Shown here: positions 35,803 through 46,219 of the stretch, in pieces
How positions within the stretch are numbered: position 1 is the first letter of the stretch
How the letters are laid out: each line of letters starts with the position of its first letter
Virus record (IMG/VR): IMGVR_UViG_3300010052_000143
Span: 1,270 to 65,269 of that record
DNA: 64,000 bases
DNA from: a virus
Taxonomy: Duplodnaviria > Caudoviricetes
Strand: one strand, 5' to 3'
The notes under the pieces: generated by a model
What the model was told of the DNA's origin: nothing
Seen by the model: only the letters and a program-made list of their open reading frames with translations
Database searches by the model: none
Program-made: the position numbers and the translations under genes

Positions 35803-37073
35803 CGCCGTTCGCCCGACTGGAACGCCTCGACACTCTTGGCCTCGCCGCGGCGGGAAATAAGGAACAGCACGACCGAGACCCCAACCACGCCAGCGATCCA
35901 GACGTAGCCGGGAATGTCGGCCGCACCTTCCTTGATCGGATCGATGTAGCCCTTCGCCGCGCCGACATATTCCAGCGATCCGCCGACCACGCCAATGATG
36001 GCCGCCGGAGCACCAATCACGGCCGAAATGATCTTCGACCACCAGGACATCTTCGCTTCCGGCACTTTCTCATGCACAACCGCCGGCGGCGCTTCGGTGC
36101 GCTCCGGGGCGAGCTTGCGAGGCTTGGCCGTCAGCATCGCAAGCAACATCTCGTCGTCGATCGCGTCGACCAATGGCAGGCCGTTCTCGTTCCGGAAAGC
36201 GAGAATAGCGGTGCGCGTCATGTCGCCAAGCTTGCCGTCGATACCGCCGACTTCGGCGTAACCAAGTTCCTTCAGGCGGGTCTGGGCGCGCTCGACAGTA
36301 GCCTTGTCGGTGTAGCGCTGCGGTTGGGCCGGCGCGGGCGGAGGAACGGCTTTCGCAGACTGAACGTCCTCGATCGGCAAAGGACGCGACTTCAGTTCCT
36401 GCGAAACATAGCCAGCCTCACGCAGCGCCTTTTCGAATGCCTTCGCATAACCGGCAATCTTCTCGCCGTTCGCCTTCACGTCGGCGTTGATAATCGCACG
36501 GGCATTGACGTAGTCGGCCTTGCCGTCGCTCAGGTAGTCGGCGAGCTTCTTCCCGGTGTAGAGGCCGCGCGTCATGCTGATGATCATGGTGACGGCGGCG
36601 ATGCGCGGCTCGAGAATGCGTTCGGGATTTGCCACCAGGTCAACGCCAACCAGTGCGCCCGATGTCCGATAGTTGTCCTTCCCGGTGGTCTGCGGGTAGC
36701 CGCCACCGCGGTAGACCCAGCCATCATCCGGGCCGGTGTTTCCCATACGACCGCCATAGACCAGATTGGCCAGCTTCCGAGGATTTCGGACGTAGGGCGC
36801 CGCAGCCGCCGTCGACCTGAAGCGGGTCTTCCAGGTCTTTCGAATTTGCTCGGCGGTCGTGTAGTTCAAGTTCTCCCGCACTGGCACAAGCGCGGAGCCG
36901 ACTTCGTGATAGGGCGTCGCAAGAATGTAGGCGAGATGGCGAAGCGGCACTCCCCGCGACTGCGCTTCATCGAGGATGACTTCCAGATTGGCGATCTGCC
37001 TCTGCGACAGCTTGGTGCCGAAAATGCCGGACCCACGCGCACGCAGGCCAGCGAAGAATTTCGCGCGGTTCAT
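35799..37073 (-). CDS. Endolysin: GH19-like catalytic domain + peptidoglycan-binding domain + C-terminal TM segments
   Basis: AYILATPYHE, GWVYRGGGYPQTTGKDNY, YVNARAIIN; QTRLKELGY..GGIDGKLG.MTRTAILAFR. Confidence 0.85.
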   Translation of the reverse strand: MNRAKFFAGLRARGSGIFGTKLSQRQIANLEVILDEAQSRGVPLRHLAYILATPYHEVGSALVPVRENLNYTTAEQIRKTWKTRFRSTAAAAPYVRNPRKLANLVYGGRMGNTGPDDGWVYRGGGYPQTTGKDNYRTSGALVGVDLVANPERILEPRIAAVTMIISMTRGLYTGKKLADYLSDGKADYVNARAIINADVKANGEKIAGYAKAFEKALREAGYVSQELKSRPLPIEDVQSAKAVPPPAPAQPQRYTDKATVERAQTRLKELGYAEVGGIDGKLGDMTRTAILAFRNENGLPLVDAIDDEMLLAMLTAKPRKLAPERTEAPPAVVHEKVPEAKMSWWSKIISAVIGAPAAIIGVVGGSLEYVGAAKGYIDPIKEGAADIPGYVWIAGVVGVSVVLFLISRRGEAKSVEAFQSGERR

Positions 37074-37240
37074 GGCATCTCCTTCCCGCATGAGCGGGTC
37101 GATTCGAGATTGAATTTCGGATTTTGATGGCCGCGCGCCGCGACGGTGCCCAAGTTCATGGCGGTTTCCCTTTAACGGCGCATATGTCTGCGACCGTTAC
37201 TTGCACACATTTACCTGTTTTTCAAGCATTGTGTGATTTC

Positions 37241-39511
37241 TTAAACGAGCGTGACGCTGAGGCTGTGGCCCTGCAATGATTCATCGCCATCGCGCTCAGC
37301 CGTGACCCGCACGACTACGTTCGAATGGCCGGCGAGATCCGACAAGGGGATGACACGGCTGGTGCCGGCGAGATTGGCATAGGTGATTATCGGCACGCCT
37401 GCGGCGGTCGAGACCACGATCTTGGTGGTTTGTCCCGCCTCTGGCGCCACCGTCGCGTCCGTCCACTTCATCACCTGGGACGCCTCGGTTCGCCGGTTCC
37501 GGTTTGACCAGGTGACTGTGAGATTGGGGGCGACCGCAGCGTTGACCGGTCCGAAGCCGGTGCCGTTGACCTTCACATTGGCCGGTCTGTTCGGAAGATA
37601 GGGTCGCTCGGAAATGCTGATGTTGACCTGCGGTGCATCGGCAATGTCGAGCGTGCCGCCGGTCGTGCGCGTCAGGAACCAATAGCTCGTTTCCTCGAAG
37701 GCTGCCCGGACGGTCAAGTCGGTGCTGTCATCGTCCACTGGGACAACGAAAGCGCGCGATCCCGGCGCCCAAACGCGCGGGACAGTATCGAGGATGCCGC
37801 GGTTCAGCAGATATCCGCTGCTCGTCACCGACTGCACGGTGGCGAGCTCAGTGTTTTCGTCGTTCCCAGTCCCGATGAGGATGAAGTCGCCGGCCACAGG
37901 CTCGGGTCCGCGCAGGCCGTGCAGTTGCGGCAACAGGGTCTGCGCTTCCGCCGCGAGACCGTCAAGGAGTGCCCAGGTGCCACGATAGGCGCGCGATCCA
38001 AGCGTCGACATTGACGTGGTTCCATTGACGTCGGTCGTGAACGACACGAGATCGTAATTGACGTCGTCGTCGCTGTCGGCGCCAACGCTGACGGCCGCCA
38101 ACGCTTCCGGATATTCCAGATCGGCCGGCGAATTGAGTCCCATGCCGATGGCCGTCAGGAATGCCGGCGCGGTTCCGATCTGGTAGTAGGATGCCGGCGA
38201 CGGCGGCTGCGATGGATTGATCCACCCGGTGCCGCCGTCGCCAAGATAGCTGGCCTTGTCGAGAGCGAAAATGTCCTCGTACAGCCCAAGCACGACGGTG
38301 TTGTTGGTCTTGCGGACGTTGCCCACCCGAAACACGATCTGCTCGATGCCATACTCAGGCCAGTTGAGCCGGAAGATGTCGCCGGTATTGCTGTTCCAGA
38401 AGGCGCGGCTCACTTCCGCTTCGCAGGTGGCGATCGGCGCGACCGACATGGCGAGATCGCGTTCAGCCAGCTTGAGCGCCAGAGCCTTCGATGTCACACC
38501 ATAATAGTTGCGCGACGACGTTATGACGCCGCCCTCGGCCGCGATGCCGGCGAGATCCTGCGCGGTGACCGTCTCTTCCTTGCCGGTCTCGGGGTTCGTG
38601 TAGGTGACGGTCACCTCGTTGGCGATCTCACCCCAGACCTTGCGCTTGAATGACGCCAGTCGCGCATTGGCAGGCGTGATCAACGGCTTCGAACCGGGAA
38701 TGTAGTCGCCGCGCAGCAGCTTCAACGTATGCTTGCCGGTCGCCGGATTGACGTAGAGCGCACCCTGGATGTGATTGAGAATTTCGCCGATGAATTTTTC
38801 GATCTTGGCCTGGCGGGTCCAGGACAGACTCAAGCCAAACTTCTCCAGATAGAGCTTGTAGGCGCAAGCTTCGAAAACGTCTTTGTCGATGACGCCCGGA
38901 TTCTCACCCATGCCCCAATCGGTGTTCGTGAGACATTCGTAGATGATGTGCGCTGGATTCGATGCGTATTGCCAATTGCCCTTGCTGTCGTTCTCGATCC
39001 GGATCAGCGCGTAAGCGGGATTCAGCCCGACTGACTTGCGACGCACGCGTGTCGAGAACTTGCGCAGATACGGATTGTTGGCCGCAAGATAGAAACCCTT
39101 GCGGTTGTTCGATGGGACGCCGGCCAGCGTTGCCAGTTCGTCGGCAAGCTCTGGTTCTGTGATTTCGGCCGTACCGGTCAGGAAGATCGAAGCAAGGCCG
39201 CGAAACCCCGGGCAGGTCGCCGCGGTCAGCCCGAGTCGTTTCGCCAGAGATTCCGGCATGACCTGCGTCGGTTTACCAGGCAGCCACCAGAGGAGGCCCT
39301 TGACGCCGCCCTCCTTCTTGTCGCCACCGAAAAGATCAGGCTTGTTGATCGGAATCACATCCTGATCGACCTTGGTGCCGCGCCAGATTTCCTTCTCGCC
39401 GTAGTTCACCGCGAGCAATTCGATACCTTCGCCGTAGGCGCAGGCGCCGATATGCAGCGACATCGCGTATTCGTTGATCTCGACCTTGCCGCCGCCTTTA
39501 ACCGATCCCAT
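37241..39511 (-). CDS. Central tail / tail tip protein
   Basis: KPDLFGGDKKEGG, NPAHIIYECLTN..WGMG, IQGALY; position after tail assembly genes. Confidence 0.8.
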   Translation of the reverse strand: MGSVKGGGKVEINEYAMSLHIGACAYGEGIELLAVNYGEKEIWRGTKVDQDVIPINKPDLFGGDKKEGGVKGLLWWLPGKPTQVMPESLAKRLGLTAATCPGFRGLASIFLTGTAEITEPELADELATLAGVPSNNRKGFYLAANNPYLRKFSTRVRRKSVGLNPAYALIRIENDSKGNWQYASNPAHIIYECLTNTDWGMGENPGVIDKDVFEACAYKLYLEKFGLSLSWTRQAKIEKFIGEILNHIQGALYVNPATGKHTLKLLRGDYIPGSKPLITPANARLASFKRKVWGEIANEVTVTYTNPETGKEETVTAQDLAGIAAEGGVITSSRNYYGVTSKALALKLAERDLAMSVAPIATCEAEVSRAFWNSNTGDIFRLNWPEYGIEQIVFRVGNVRKTNNTVVLGLYEDIFALDKASYLGDGGTGWINPSQPPSPASYYQIGTAPAFLTAIGMGLNSPADLEYPEALAAVSVGADSDDDVNYDLVSFTTDVNGTTSMSTLGSRAYRGTWALLDGLAAEAQTLLPQLHGLRGPEPVAGDFILIGTGNDENTELATVQSVTSSGYLLNRGILDTVPRVWAPGSRAFVVPVDDDSTDLTVRAAFEETSYWFLTRTTGGTLDIADAPQVNISISERPYLPNRPANVKVNGTGFGPVNAAVAPNLTVTWSNRNRRTEASQVMKWTDATVAPEAGQTTKIVVSTAAGVPIITYANLAGTSRVIPLSDLAGHSNVVVRVTAERDGDESLQGHSLSVTLV

Positions 39512-39713
39512 GCGCGGACTCCTTAGCGTGCATGGTCTCGACGACCCGGTTCACCATTGCGTCGTAGCCATAGCCTCGCAGTTCCGATGCACGTGCGCCG
39601 TGACGCAGGAAATGCGGGAAGTCGACTCCGGCGGCCACGAAGATGTCGCGAACCCCCTTGACGCAATACAGCGGGCGAATGTCGCTGATCGTGATGAGCG
39701 GATCGGCATCCAT
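39498..39713 (-). CDS. Tail assembly protein
   Basis: ITISDIR..YCVKGVR..F...GVDF..FLRHG pattern. Confidence 0.6.
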   Translation of the reverse strand: MDADPLITISDIRPLYCVKGVRDIFVAAGVDFPHFLRHGARASELRGYGYDAMVNRVVETMHAKESAHGIG

Positions 39714-39961
39714 CAGACTTTGACTTTTCGTGCGGTCGTCGTCTTGTCGCCGAACCAGATGATGTTGACGCTCGTCAGGCCGCCAGGTGGTTCGCCAAAG
39801 ACAACAGGTATGGGCCGTCCGCTTTCGGCAGTCGGATCTTCCATGTCCGTAACTTCTTCCGGCTTGCTGGTCGCCGTTTGCGGCATGAGCAGAAAGCCGA
39901 CGACCTGCAGCGCAAGCCCGATGAGCAACTGGACGAGAATTTGGATGAAAGGAAACGGCAT
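39713..39961 (-). CDS. Tail assembly protein
   Basis: Hydrophobic N-terminus, PTAESGRPIPVVFG. Confidence 0.65.
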   Translation of the reverse strand: MPFPFIQILVQLLIGLALQVVGFLLMPQTATSKPEEVTDMEDPTAESGRPIPVVFGEPPGGLTSVNIIWFGDKTTTARKVKV

Positions 39962-40003
39962 GACACACTCCGATCATGGATGAATATCACGCAATGTGTG
40001 ATT

Positions 40004-40879
40004 TTAATAGAACTGGTTTTTCGGCGACAATGGGTTTTCGAGGGGAATGAACGGCTGCCCTCCATAATTCTGGATATTGCTGTGCGTGTTGCAGCCGCTC
40101 ATCAGCCGGTTGCAGCCTCGGCTGAGCGAAATGGTGGTGCCGGCGCTCACCCCCCGTGCGGTGCCGCGAAGTGTCACAATGAAGCCGGTCGCATCGACCG
40201 CTACTATCGTCCGCAGTTCTTTCAGCGATGTCGCCGGGTTGGTCCATTGGGCGAGACCGCCAACATAGAGCGCTCTGTTGGTGCCGAGACCCGCACTGAG
40301 ACTGACGACGTTTCGATCAACGTCGGCCACCCCGCGCGCCACAGTCGCAGCAGGGCGGCTTGCTTGGCAGTGCGGGCCGTATAGGACGTGGGGGCAGCCA
40401 ATCGAGTACGGCCGGCGCAGTCCCGGCCGCCGAATGGCAGTCGAGACAGGCACGCAATTCAACTCGATCTCGTTGGTGATGTAGCTCGCGCTGACGATGC
40501 GCCCCATCCACACGCAGGGATAATCGTTTGGCTCGTCGCCGACATGCCCTTCGAAGATGGTGAGATTCACCACTTGCGATGGCGGATACGCCAGGAACAG
40601 GTCATCGATCGGAGTTCCAAGTGCCGCCGTCACGTTGATATCGGACTTATCGAGTGTGCCGTCGCTGCTGATGTCGCCCTTCTTGATCGGCCACGGCTGG
40701 TAGACAATCACGACCGATGTTCCGCCGATAACGTGCGTCCTCGTGATCGGCGCCTCGCCATCGCAGAATCCCCAAGGTCCGAGCGGAGGTTCGCCGGGAC
40801 CATTGTTGGCGCCGAGAACAAGATACAAGGTGACAGGCTGTCCGCTATGACGGCTTGATTCTCTGACGTCGAAGGTCAT
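40004..40879 (-). CDS. Tail hub/minor tail protein (DUF2163/BR0599, gpL-like)
   Basis: GCPHVLYG..C, RGCNRLMSGC...N..NYGGQPFIP cysteine cluster. Confidence 0.8.
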   Translation of the reverse strand: MTFDVRESSRHSGQPVTLYLVLGANNGPGEPPLGPWGFCDGEAPITRTHVIGGTSVVIVYQPWPIKKGDISSDGTLDKSDINVTAALGTPIDDLFLAYPPSQVVNLTIFEGHVGDEPNDYPCVWMGRIVSASYITNEIELNCVPVSTAIRRPGLRRPYSIGCPHVLYGPHCQASRPAATVARGVADVDRNVVSLSAGLGTNRALYVGGLAQWTNPATSLKELRTIVAVDATGFIVTLRGTARGVSAGTTISLSRGCNRLMSGCNTHSNIQNYGGQPFIPLENPLSPKNQFY

Positions 40880-41505
40880 TCGCCGATCTCCCAATCCACG
40901 ATCGACGCCGCGTCGACATCGGCCAAATCTTGCGCAGCCCGCACGGCGCGTTTGGCGCTCAGCCGGCGACGCTCGATCTCGGCGGAGATGAAGGTCCATG
41001 CATCGGCCGTCGCGATGATCTCGGCGGCCTTGGCGGCGACCGTGACGCCTTCGTCCATCGCCTCCATGACGACGTGCGGGATTTCGTTCGGCTCGATTTC
41101 CGGGTCGGCAGTGACCAGGCGCGCTTCCAACAGCTTCTGTTGGTAAACCATGGCCTGTCCGGAACCAAGGGTGATGTATTGCCCACGCGTCGCTTCGGCC
41201 TCGCGGTCGATCTTCGCGAGGTGCTGTTCGCGCACAGCTGCGATTTCCGCCTGCATATTGATCACGACCCGTCCTACGGTGTCGATCGCGGGGTTTGTCT
41301 GTTGGACTAGTACCGGCCAGCGTTCACCCTGGTGCTGGTCATCCTCGATCAGGTGGATGGAATATTGCGCCTTGTCTTCGAGGTAGATCGTCGCCCCGGG
41401 TAGCACGTCATAGACGACGCCCTTGCAGAGGATTTGCACCGGGAGCGCGTTCTGAAGGGAGATTTCATTGTCAGAAAGCCGGAGCGGAGTAATGATATTT
41501 TTCAT
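40876..41505 (-). CDS. Tail fibre-associated / assembly protein
   Basis: IDREAEATRGQYIT.GSGQAMVYQQKLLEAR; follows fibre gene. Confidence 0.55.
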   Translation of the reverse strand: MKNIITPLRLSDNEISLQNALPVQILCKGVVYDVLPGATIYLEDKAQYSIHLIEDDQHQGERWPVLVQQTNPAIDTVGRVVINMQAEIAAVREQHLAKIDREAEATRGQYITLGSGQAMVYQQKLLEARLVTADPEIEPNEIPHVVMEAMDEGVTVAAKAAEIIATADAWTFISAEIERRRLSAKRAVRAAQDLADVDAASIVDWEIGE

Positions 41506-41520
41506 GGCAGGCGTTCCAAA

Positions 41521-44500
41521 TCATCGCTTGAGTTCGAGGACTTCGAGGCTTCGTTCGATAAAATCGAAAGTGATGGGGGCGACACCGGATTGACCGGCCA
41601 CCGTCACGCTGTAGGTGGCAGTGGCGCCTCCGGTGGTATCGAGGTGCTTCATCATCTGATCGCCAAAAAACGCGCGATACTCGCCGCCGCCGGAAGTCGG
41701 ACCTGAGATGTAATGAAAGTCTTTGGTGACCGTCTTTATCGTCGTCCCATTGCGCTTCAGCTTAAAGGTGAACGTGTAAGCGCGCGGGCCGTCATAAGGG
41801 CTGTAGCCGGGCCCGACCGGGTTCTTCCACGAACCAGTACAGAAGAACGTTATTGAGCGCTTCATGCTCGCCGCCCCACTGTGCGCAGTGGAAGAAACGT
41901 CAGTATCCGTAGCTGAGTTTGTGACCTTGGTCACAGCCGCCGCCCCGTAATCTAGATTGATCACTGAAACGGCGCCTGCAACAATATTGCTAGTTCCAAC
42001 CTGGAGTGTGCCGATGTTGGCATTTGAAATGTTGACATTACCGAACGTGGCGTTGTCTGCCGTTAGATTGTACGATTTGATGCGATCTGCCTCGATCGTC
42101 CCAGTCTTGATGTTCGACCCATCGATGATCGTCCGACCATAGGTCGAGACGAGATTCACGCCGCCCTGATATGTCGCCAGTACGATGTTGTTCTGGCCGA
42201 ATGCCGTGGCGGCCACCGTCGTCGTCGAGAGGGTCGCCGCTCCCTTGACCCAATAGATATACAAGACGGCGCCCGACCACGGCGCGTTGCTGGCCGCAAT
42301 CGCGGCGACCGCCACGGCGCCGGCGTCATCGATGTAGCGCACGTTGCCAGCGGTCCACGAGACCCGGTTCGCCGAGGGACTGTTGTGCTCGAACTCGATG
42401 TTTTCCAACGTGACGCCGCGCGCGCCGACCGTAATCTTGTTCGCTTCGATCGTATTGGCCGAGATTGCGCCGCCTGCGATCTTGGTGGTGTCGCCGCCCT
42501 GCCGCCAATCCGCCAACGTCGTCGCGCCACTGATCTGGATTTGGCCCGGCGTGATTTTCACAGTGCCGGCATTGACGATGTTCGCTGCGTCTTCATCAAC
42601 CTGATGGATCGCAAAATAGTCCACCTGGATGGTGTGATCGCCGCCGCCAAGGTTCGATACAATGACCGGCGAAATGAACCGAGTGTTGCTGTGCATCTGG
42701 CAAGGCGCAGCGATTGTGCCGCCCGCCGTTCCGTTGGCCACGCCGGTTCCTGCTGCGGCGACACCTTTGATGTAGCCTTCATAGGTCGCCCATGCGGCGC
42801 CAGCGGGCAGCGAAGTGCTCGGGAACCCCTGAGTAACGACCCAATGGCCTTGGTTCGTGCCGTCCACGCCGGCCGTGCTGACAGCAGTTACACCGTCACC
42901 CTTCAGACCTTGGACGCCGATATACATAAGCCCGGCCACCGAACCCGTCGTTCGGCGAACACGCACCCGAATGCGATACATCTTGTTCGGGTCGTATGGG
43001 ATTCGCGCCGCTTTGTTGGTCAGCCAGTTATAGTTCAACAGGCGCAGCACATTGGGACCGGATTGAGCGGCTGCCACCGCAATGATGTCAGCAGGGCCGT
43101 CCGCCCACTGTATCCAGGTGTGACCGGCAACAGGCGTCGCAGAGACGGGAGTTCCGCTCGCAGCACTGGAAAAATCGTCGGCAAACATCTCGGTGTTGAG
43201 CGAGCCGATGGAACGACCGCCGACGATCACTTCGCCGGAAAGAATCGAGCCGGCCTCGATCTTCGCCGCGTTGAGCGACACAATTTTGGCGTTGGTGATG
43301 ACCGAGTCTTTGATGTTCGCGGCGTAAGCGATGATCTCGTTCGTCATCACTTTTGATGCGGTGATCGAGCCATCCTTGATCAGGACGCTGTCGGTTTGCC
43401 GATAGAAGGCGACGTTCGCACATCGGAATTGACCGGTGATCGGCGTGTTGCTGAAGACCAGACGCATCTTGACCGCGCCGGCAGGGCACACGCCCGCCGC
43501 AGTCTTCTTGATCCAGGTGAAGGCCGGATCGGTCGTGTCGAAGCTGACGAGAAATTGGCTGACAAGTGCGTCACCCGCTTCGTTCTGGAACCACACGGCC
43601 GCGTTGACCGTGCCTGCGGTCGCGCCGGTGTGCATCATCACCGTTTCGATGCAGTAGCTGTTACCCGGCACGCACGGGACGAAGCGACTGGCCGTATAGC
43701 CCGTCGCACCGGAGAAGCCGAGCGCGGTCGTCGACGTGTTGTAGGGATTGCCGCCCGTCGAAATATAGGAGGCGGTGACCGCCAGCGAAAATTCTCCACT
43801 GGTCGGATCGGCAAAAAATGGATCGGTGATGAAATTGTAGAAGTCGGTGACCAGAAGGTGCTTGGCGCGAACCGCCCCCGCAGCAAGCTGGTTTGTGCCG
43901 ATTGCTCCTGCGGATATCTGGCCGGCGACCAGTTGGCCCACGACAAGCGATGCATCGGTCTGCACTATCCAGCCCGAGGCGTCCGCCTTCTGGACATACA
44001 ACTTCTTGTCGGTGGTGAGGTAGAATTCCTTGGGCGTCTCGTCGGTGAACGGCGTCGGCGGCAGCGCGGACCCCAGTCCCGGCAGCGTTAGGCCGGCGGC
44101 GATCGACGTGAGGTTGACAGCACCAACAATGTCGATGGGTTGAATTGTGGTGGTCGTCGCGCTGACGGGCGCTGACCAGACAGACCTGTTGCCCGAGGTA
44201 TCGACGGCACGGACCCAGTAATGAAGGGTTTGACCGTTCTCCAGCCCCGTGAGAACGAAAGTCGGAGAAAACGAGGTATAAGTTGCTTCTGCTGTTTCTT
44301 CCGGAGCAGGTGACGCCGTTGAGGATTCGAAAATTTCATATTGAAACAGATCGGATTCTGTATTCGCAATCCATTCGAGCCAAATAGTGCCGAAACCGGC
44401 CGTGGCCAATACACCGATCGGCATGGCTGGCGGCACATCGTCAGCTTTGGTCGTATGAACAACTTCTCCGCTGAAGGCCGATTTGTTGCCCGAGGTATCG

Positions 44501-44880
44501 ATTGCGCGGATGCGGGCTGTAAACACGATCCCCGGCCGCACCGCGAACTCGTACCGCTCGGCCGACGTCTGGAAACTGACCCAGCCGCCTGAGCCTTCCT
44601 TCATCTGCAGATCATAATAAGCCAGATCGGTGTCGCCGGCGGGCTCCCACGTTGCTACCAGCTTCGGGGACGGCAATGCGACCGACGTCAGAGTCAGGTT
44701 CTGCGGAACGTTTGGCGGGTCGAAATCAAACCAGCCATCCGGCGGATCTTCTGGAAGAAACCCGCCGCCCGATGCGCCGTTGATCAGTTGGTTCAGCTTT
44801 GTGCGGACGCTGATGCCGGATTCGCCGTCGAGGATGGGGCTGATGCTGATCGGCACGTCAGTCCTCCCAGACCGAGCCAT
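41521..44880 (-). CDS. Tail fibre / host specificity protein with FN3 and carbohydrate-binding-like domains
   Basis: Two FN3-like repeats (W...DL..Y...YWVRAVDTSGNRS), gpJ-like I.A..I.AG.I repeats, 1119 aa. Confidence 0.8.
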   Translation of the reverse strand: MARSGRTDVPISISPILDGESGISVRTKLNQLINGASGGGFLPEDPPDGWFDFDPPNVPQNLTLTSVALPSPKLVATWEPAGDTDLAYYDLQMKEGSGGWVSFQTSAERYEFAVRPGIVFTARIRAIDTSGNKSAFSGEVVHTTKADDVPPAMPIGVLATAGFGTIWLEWIANTESDLFQYEIFESSTASPAPEETAEATYTSFSPTFVLTGLENGQTLHYWVRAVDTSGNRSVWSAPVSATTTTIQPIDIVGAVNLTSIAAGLTLPGLGSALPPTPFTDETPKEFYLTTDKKLYVQKADASGWIVQTDASLVVGQLVAGQISAGAIGTNQLAAGAVRAKHLLVTDFYNFITDPFFADPTSGEFSLAVTASYISTGGNPYNTSTTALGFSGATGYTASRFVPCVPGNSYCIETVMMHTGATAGTVNAAVWFQNEAGDALVSQFLVSFDTTDPAFTWIKKTAAGVCPAGAVKMRLVFSNTPITGQFRCANVAFYRQTDSVLIKDGSITASKVMTNEIIAYAANIKDSVITNAKIVSLNAAKIEAGSILSGEVIVGGRSIGSLNTEMFADDFSSAASGTPVSATPVAGHTWIQWADGPADIIAVAAAQSGPNVLRLLNYNWLTNKAARIPYDPNKMYRIRVRVRRTTGSVAGLMYIGVQGLKGDGVTAVSTAGVDGTNQGHWVVTQGFPSTSLPAGAAWATYEGYIKGVAAAGTGVANGTAGGTIAAPCQMHSNTRFISPVIVSNLGGGDHTIQVDYFAIHQVDEDAANIVNAGTVKITPGQIQISGATTLADWRQGGDTTKIAGGAISANTIEANKITVGARGVTLENIEFEHNSPSANRVSWTAGNVRYIDDAGAVAVAAIAASNAPWSGAVLYIYWVKGAATLSTTTVAATAFGQNNIVLATYQGGVNLVSTYGRTIIDGSNIKTGTIEADRIKSYNLTADNATFGNVNISNANIGTLQVGTSNIVAGAVSVINLDYGAAAVTKVTNSATDTDVSSTAHSGAASMKRSITFFCTGSWKNPVGPGYSPYDGPRAYTFTFKLKRNGTTIKTVTKDFHYISGPTSGGGEYRAFFGDQMMKHLDTTGGATATYSVTVAGQSGVAPITFDFIERSLEVLELKR

Positions 44881-46159
44881 CTTGCCAGACGCCGGCGTCG
44901 CGCCAGTGTCCGGTTGCCAAGATCCAGTTGTTGCCGAAGCTGCCCTCGGCTGAGAGGTTCACGAGCGTGGTGAACGACAGGGAGACATCCGCCACCCCAT
45001 TGGTCTTCCAGTTCAGAGTCAGGCTGTCCTGTGCAAAGCGCGCAACGAACATCCACGAGATGATCTCGATATTCGCGGCAGTGATGCCGATATTGGTGTC
45101 GAACGTGATCGCCGTGTCACCGCCGACGATGGCCATCGACACGATCGAGCGCGGCACGAGGTCGCCGTTCCTGTTGCGAAAAAGCGCCGCGACATGGGCC
45201 GGATTGCCGTTGTAGGTGTTGTAGAAGTCGACGCCGGCGACCGTGACGACCTTGGCGGCAACTGTTTTCACCGCGGGGAAATCGTTGCCCCAAGTGGGCA
45301 CGTAAATCTCGCCTGCCCTACCCTTTGCCCGAACAAAGATGTCCAGCAACGCCATCGCCTCGGCGCGGGAGGATGCCAAGTATGTGGCAGTCAGCGTGCG
45401 GCTGACAATCGGTACCGGCGTGAAGGTTTTCGTGATGCCCCGATCATAGTCCACCACCTCGTGCGACACCTGAAAAGCCATTTGCGGGCGTTGCAGATAG
45501 TTCGGCTTCCGCAGCAGCACATATCGACCGTAGAGCAGCGCCGCAGGCCCAAAGACCTGAGTTGTCTCACCGGTTGGCCCGCCATCGAACGGCAGAGCGT
45601 CGGCCTCGCGTACGGTCGTGCCGGGTTCGACCTCAAAGCGAACTGACGACGTTGCCACCATCGTTGTGTGCAACGACAGAGTGGTGGAATTGGCCACAGA
45701 CGCTGGGAGGATGGGGAGCAAATAAGCGCCGGCGCCAACTGCCGCGGCCAGTGCAGTGGACAGGACCACCTGGTTGCCCGAGATGAAATCGACGGCGACT
45801 TTGACCGCGCTGCGACCGCTCTGAAGGACGCAACTCATGCTTCCGATCAGCCACGCCGGCACATGGTCGACATGAAGGATTGTCGAACCGATTTCGGCCG
45901 TCGCGGTGACGGCTGCGCCGTCAGCAGAGAAGTCGCCTATCTCGACTTTGCCATCGATCGCCTTGGTGATGGCATCGGAAAACACCCGCAAACGAGCGCC
46001 ATCGAGCACCAGGGCGGCTTCGATGGAGCGGCGCGGTTGCGTTCGAAGAGAACGGCGCTGCTCTGTCTTGTCCCTGCTGATAAAGATGTCGGTCTTGAAT
46101 TCGTAGGTGTCCCGAACTCCGTTTTTCCAATTCGGGACTATGGGTAGGAATGTCGCCAC
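44858..46159 (-). CDS. Minor tail (distal tail) protein
   Basis: PNW..GV..TYEFKTDI..S..KTEQRRSLR; follows tape measure. Confidence 0.7.
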   Translation of the reverse strand: MATFLPIVPNWKNGVRDTYEFKTDIFISRDKTEQRRSLRTQPRRSIEAALVLDGARLRVFSDAITKAIDGKVEIGDFSADGAAVTATAEIGSTILHVDHVPAWLIGSMSCVLQSGRSAVKVAVDFISGNQVVLSTALAAAVGAGAYLLPILPASVANSTTLSLHTTMVATSSVRFEVEPGTTVREADALPFDGGPTGETTQVFGPAALLYGRYVLLRKPNYLQRPQMAFQVSHEVVDYDRGITKTFTPVPIVSRTLTATYLASSRAEAMALLDIFVRAKGRAGEIYVPTWGNDFPAVKTVAAKVVTVAGVDFYNTYNGNPAHVAALFRNRNGDLVPRSIVSMAIVGGDTAITFDTNIGITAANIEIISWMFVARFAQDSLTLNWKTNGVADVSLSFTTLVNLSAEGSFGNNWILATGHWRDAGVWQDGSVWED

Positions 46160-46219
46160 GGTCAGCCATTTTTCACATCTTTGCGTGTATTTAACGCAAT
46201 GTGTGATTTTTGGCAACGA

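Noticed and set aside
34376-37127. Plus-strand ORFs over the lysis genes (231 aa, 351 aa)
   Set aside because: Antisense shadows without recognisable motifs.
37241-44880. Diversity-generating retroelement or invertible tail fibre
   Set aside because: No reverse transcriptase, template/variable repeat pair or invertase seen.
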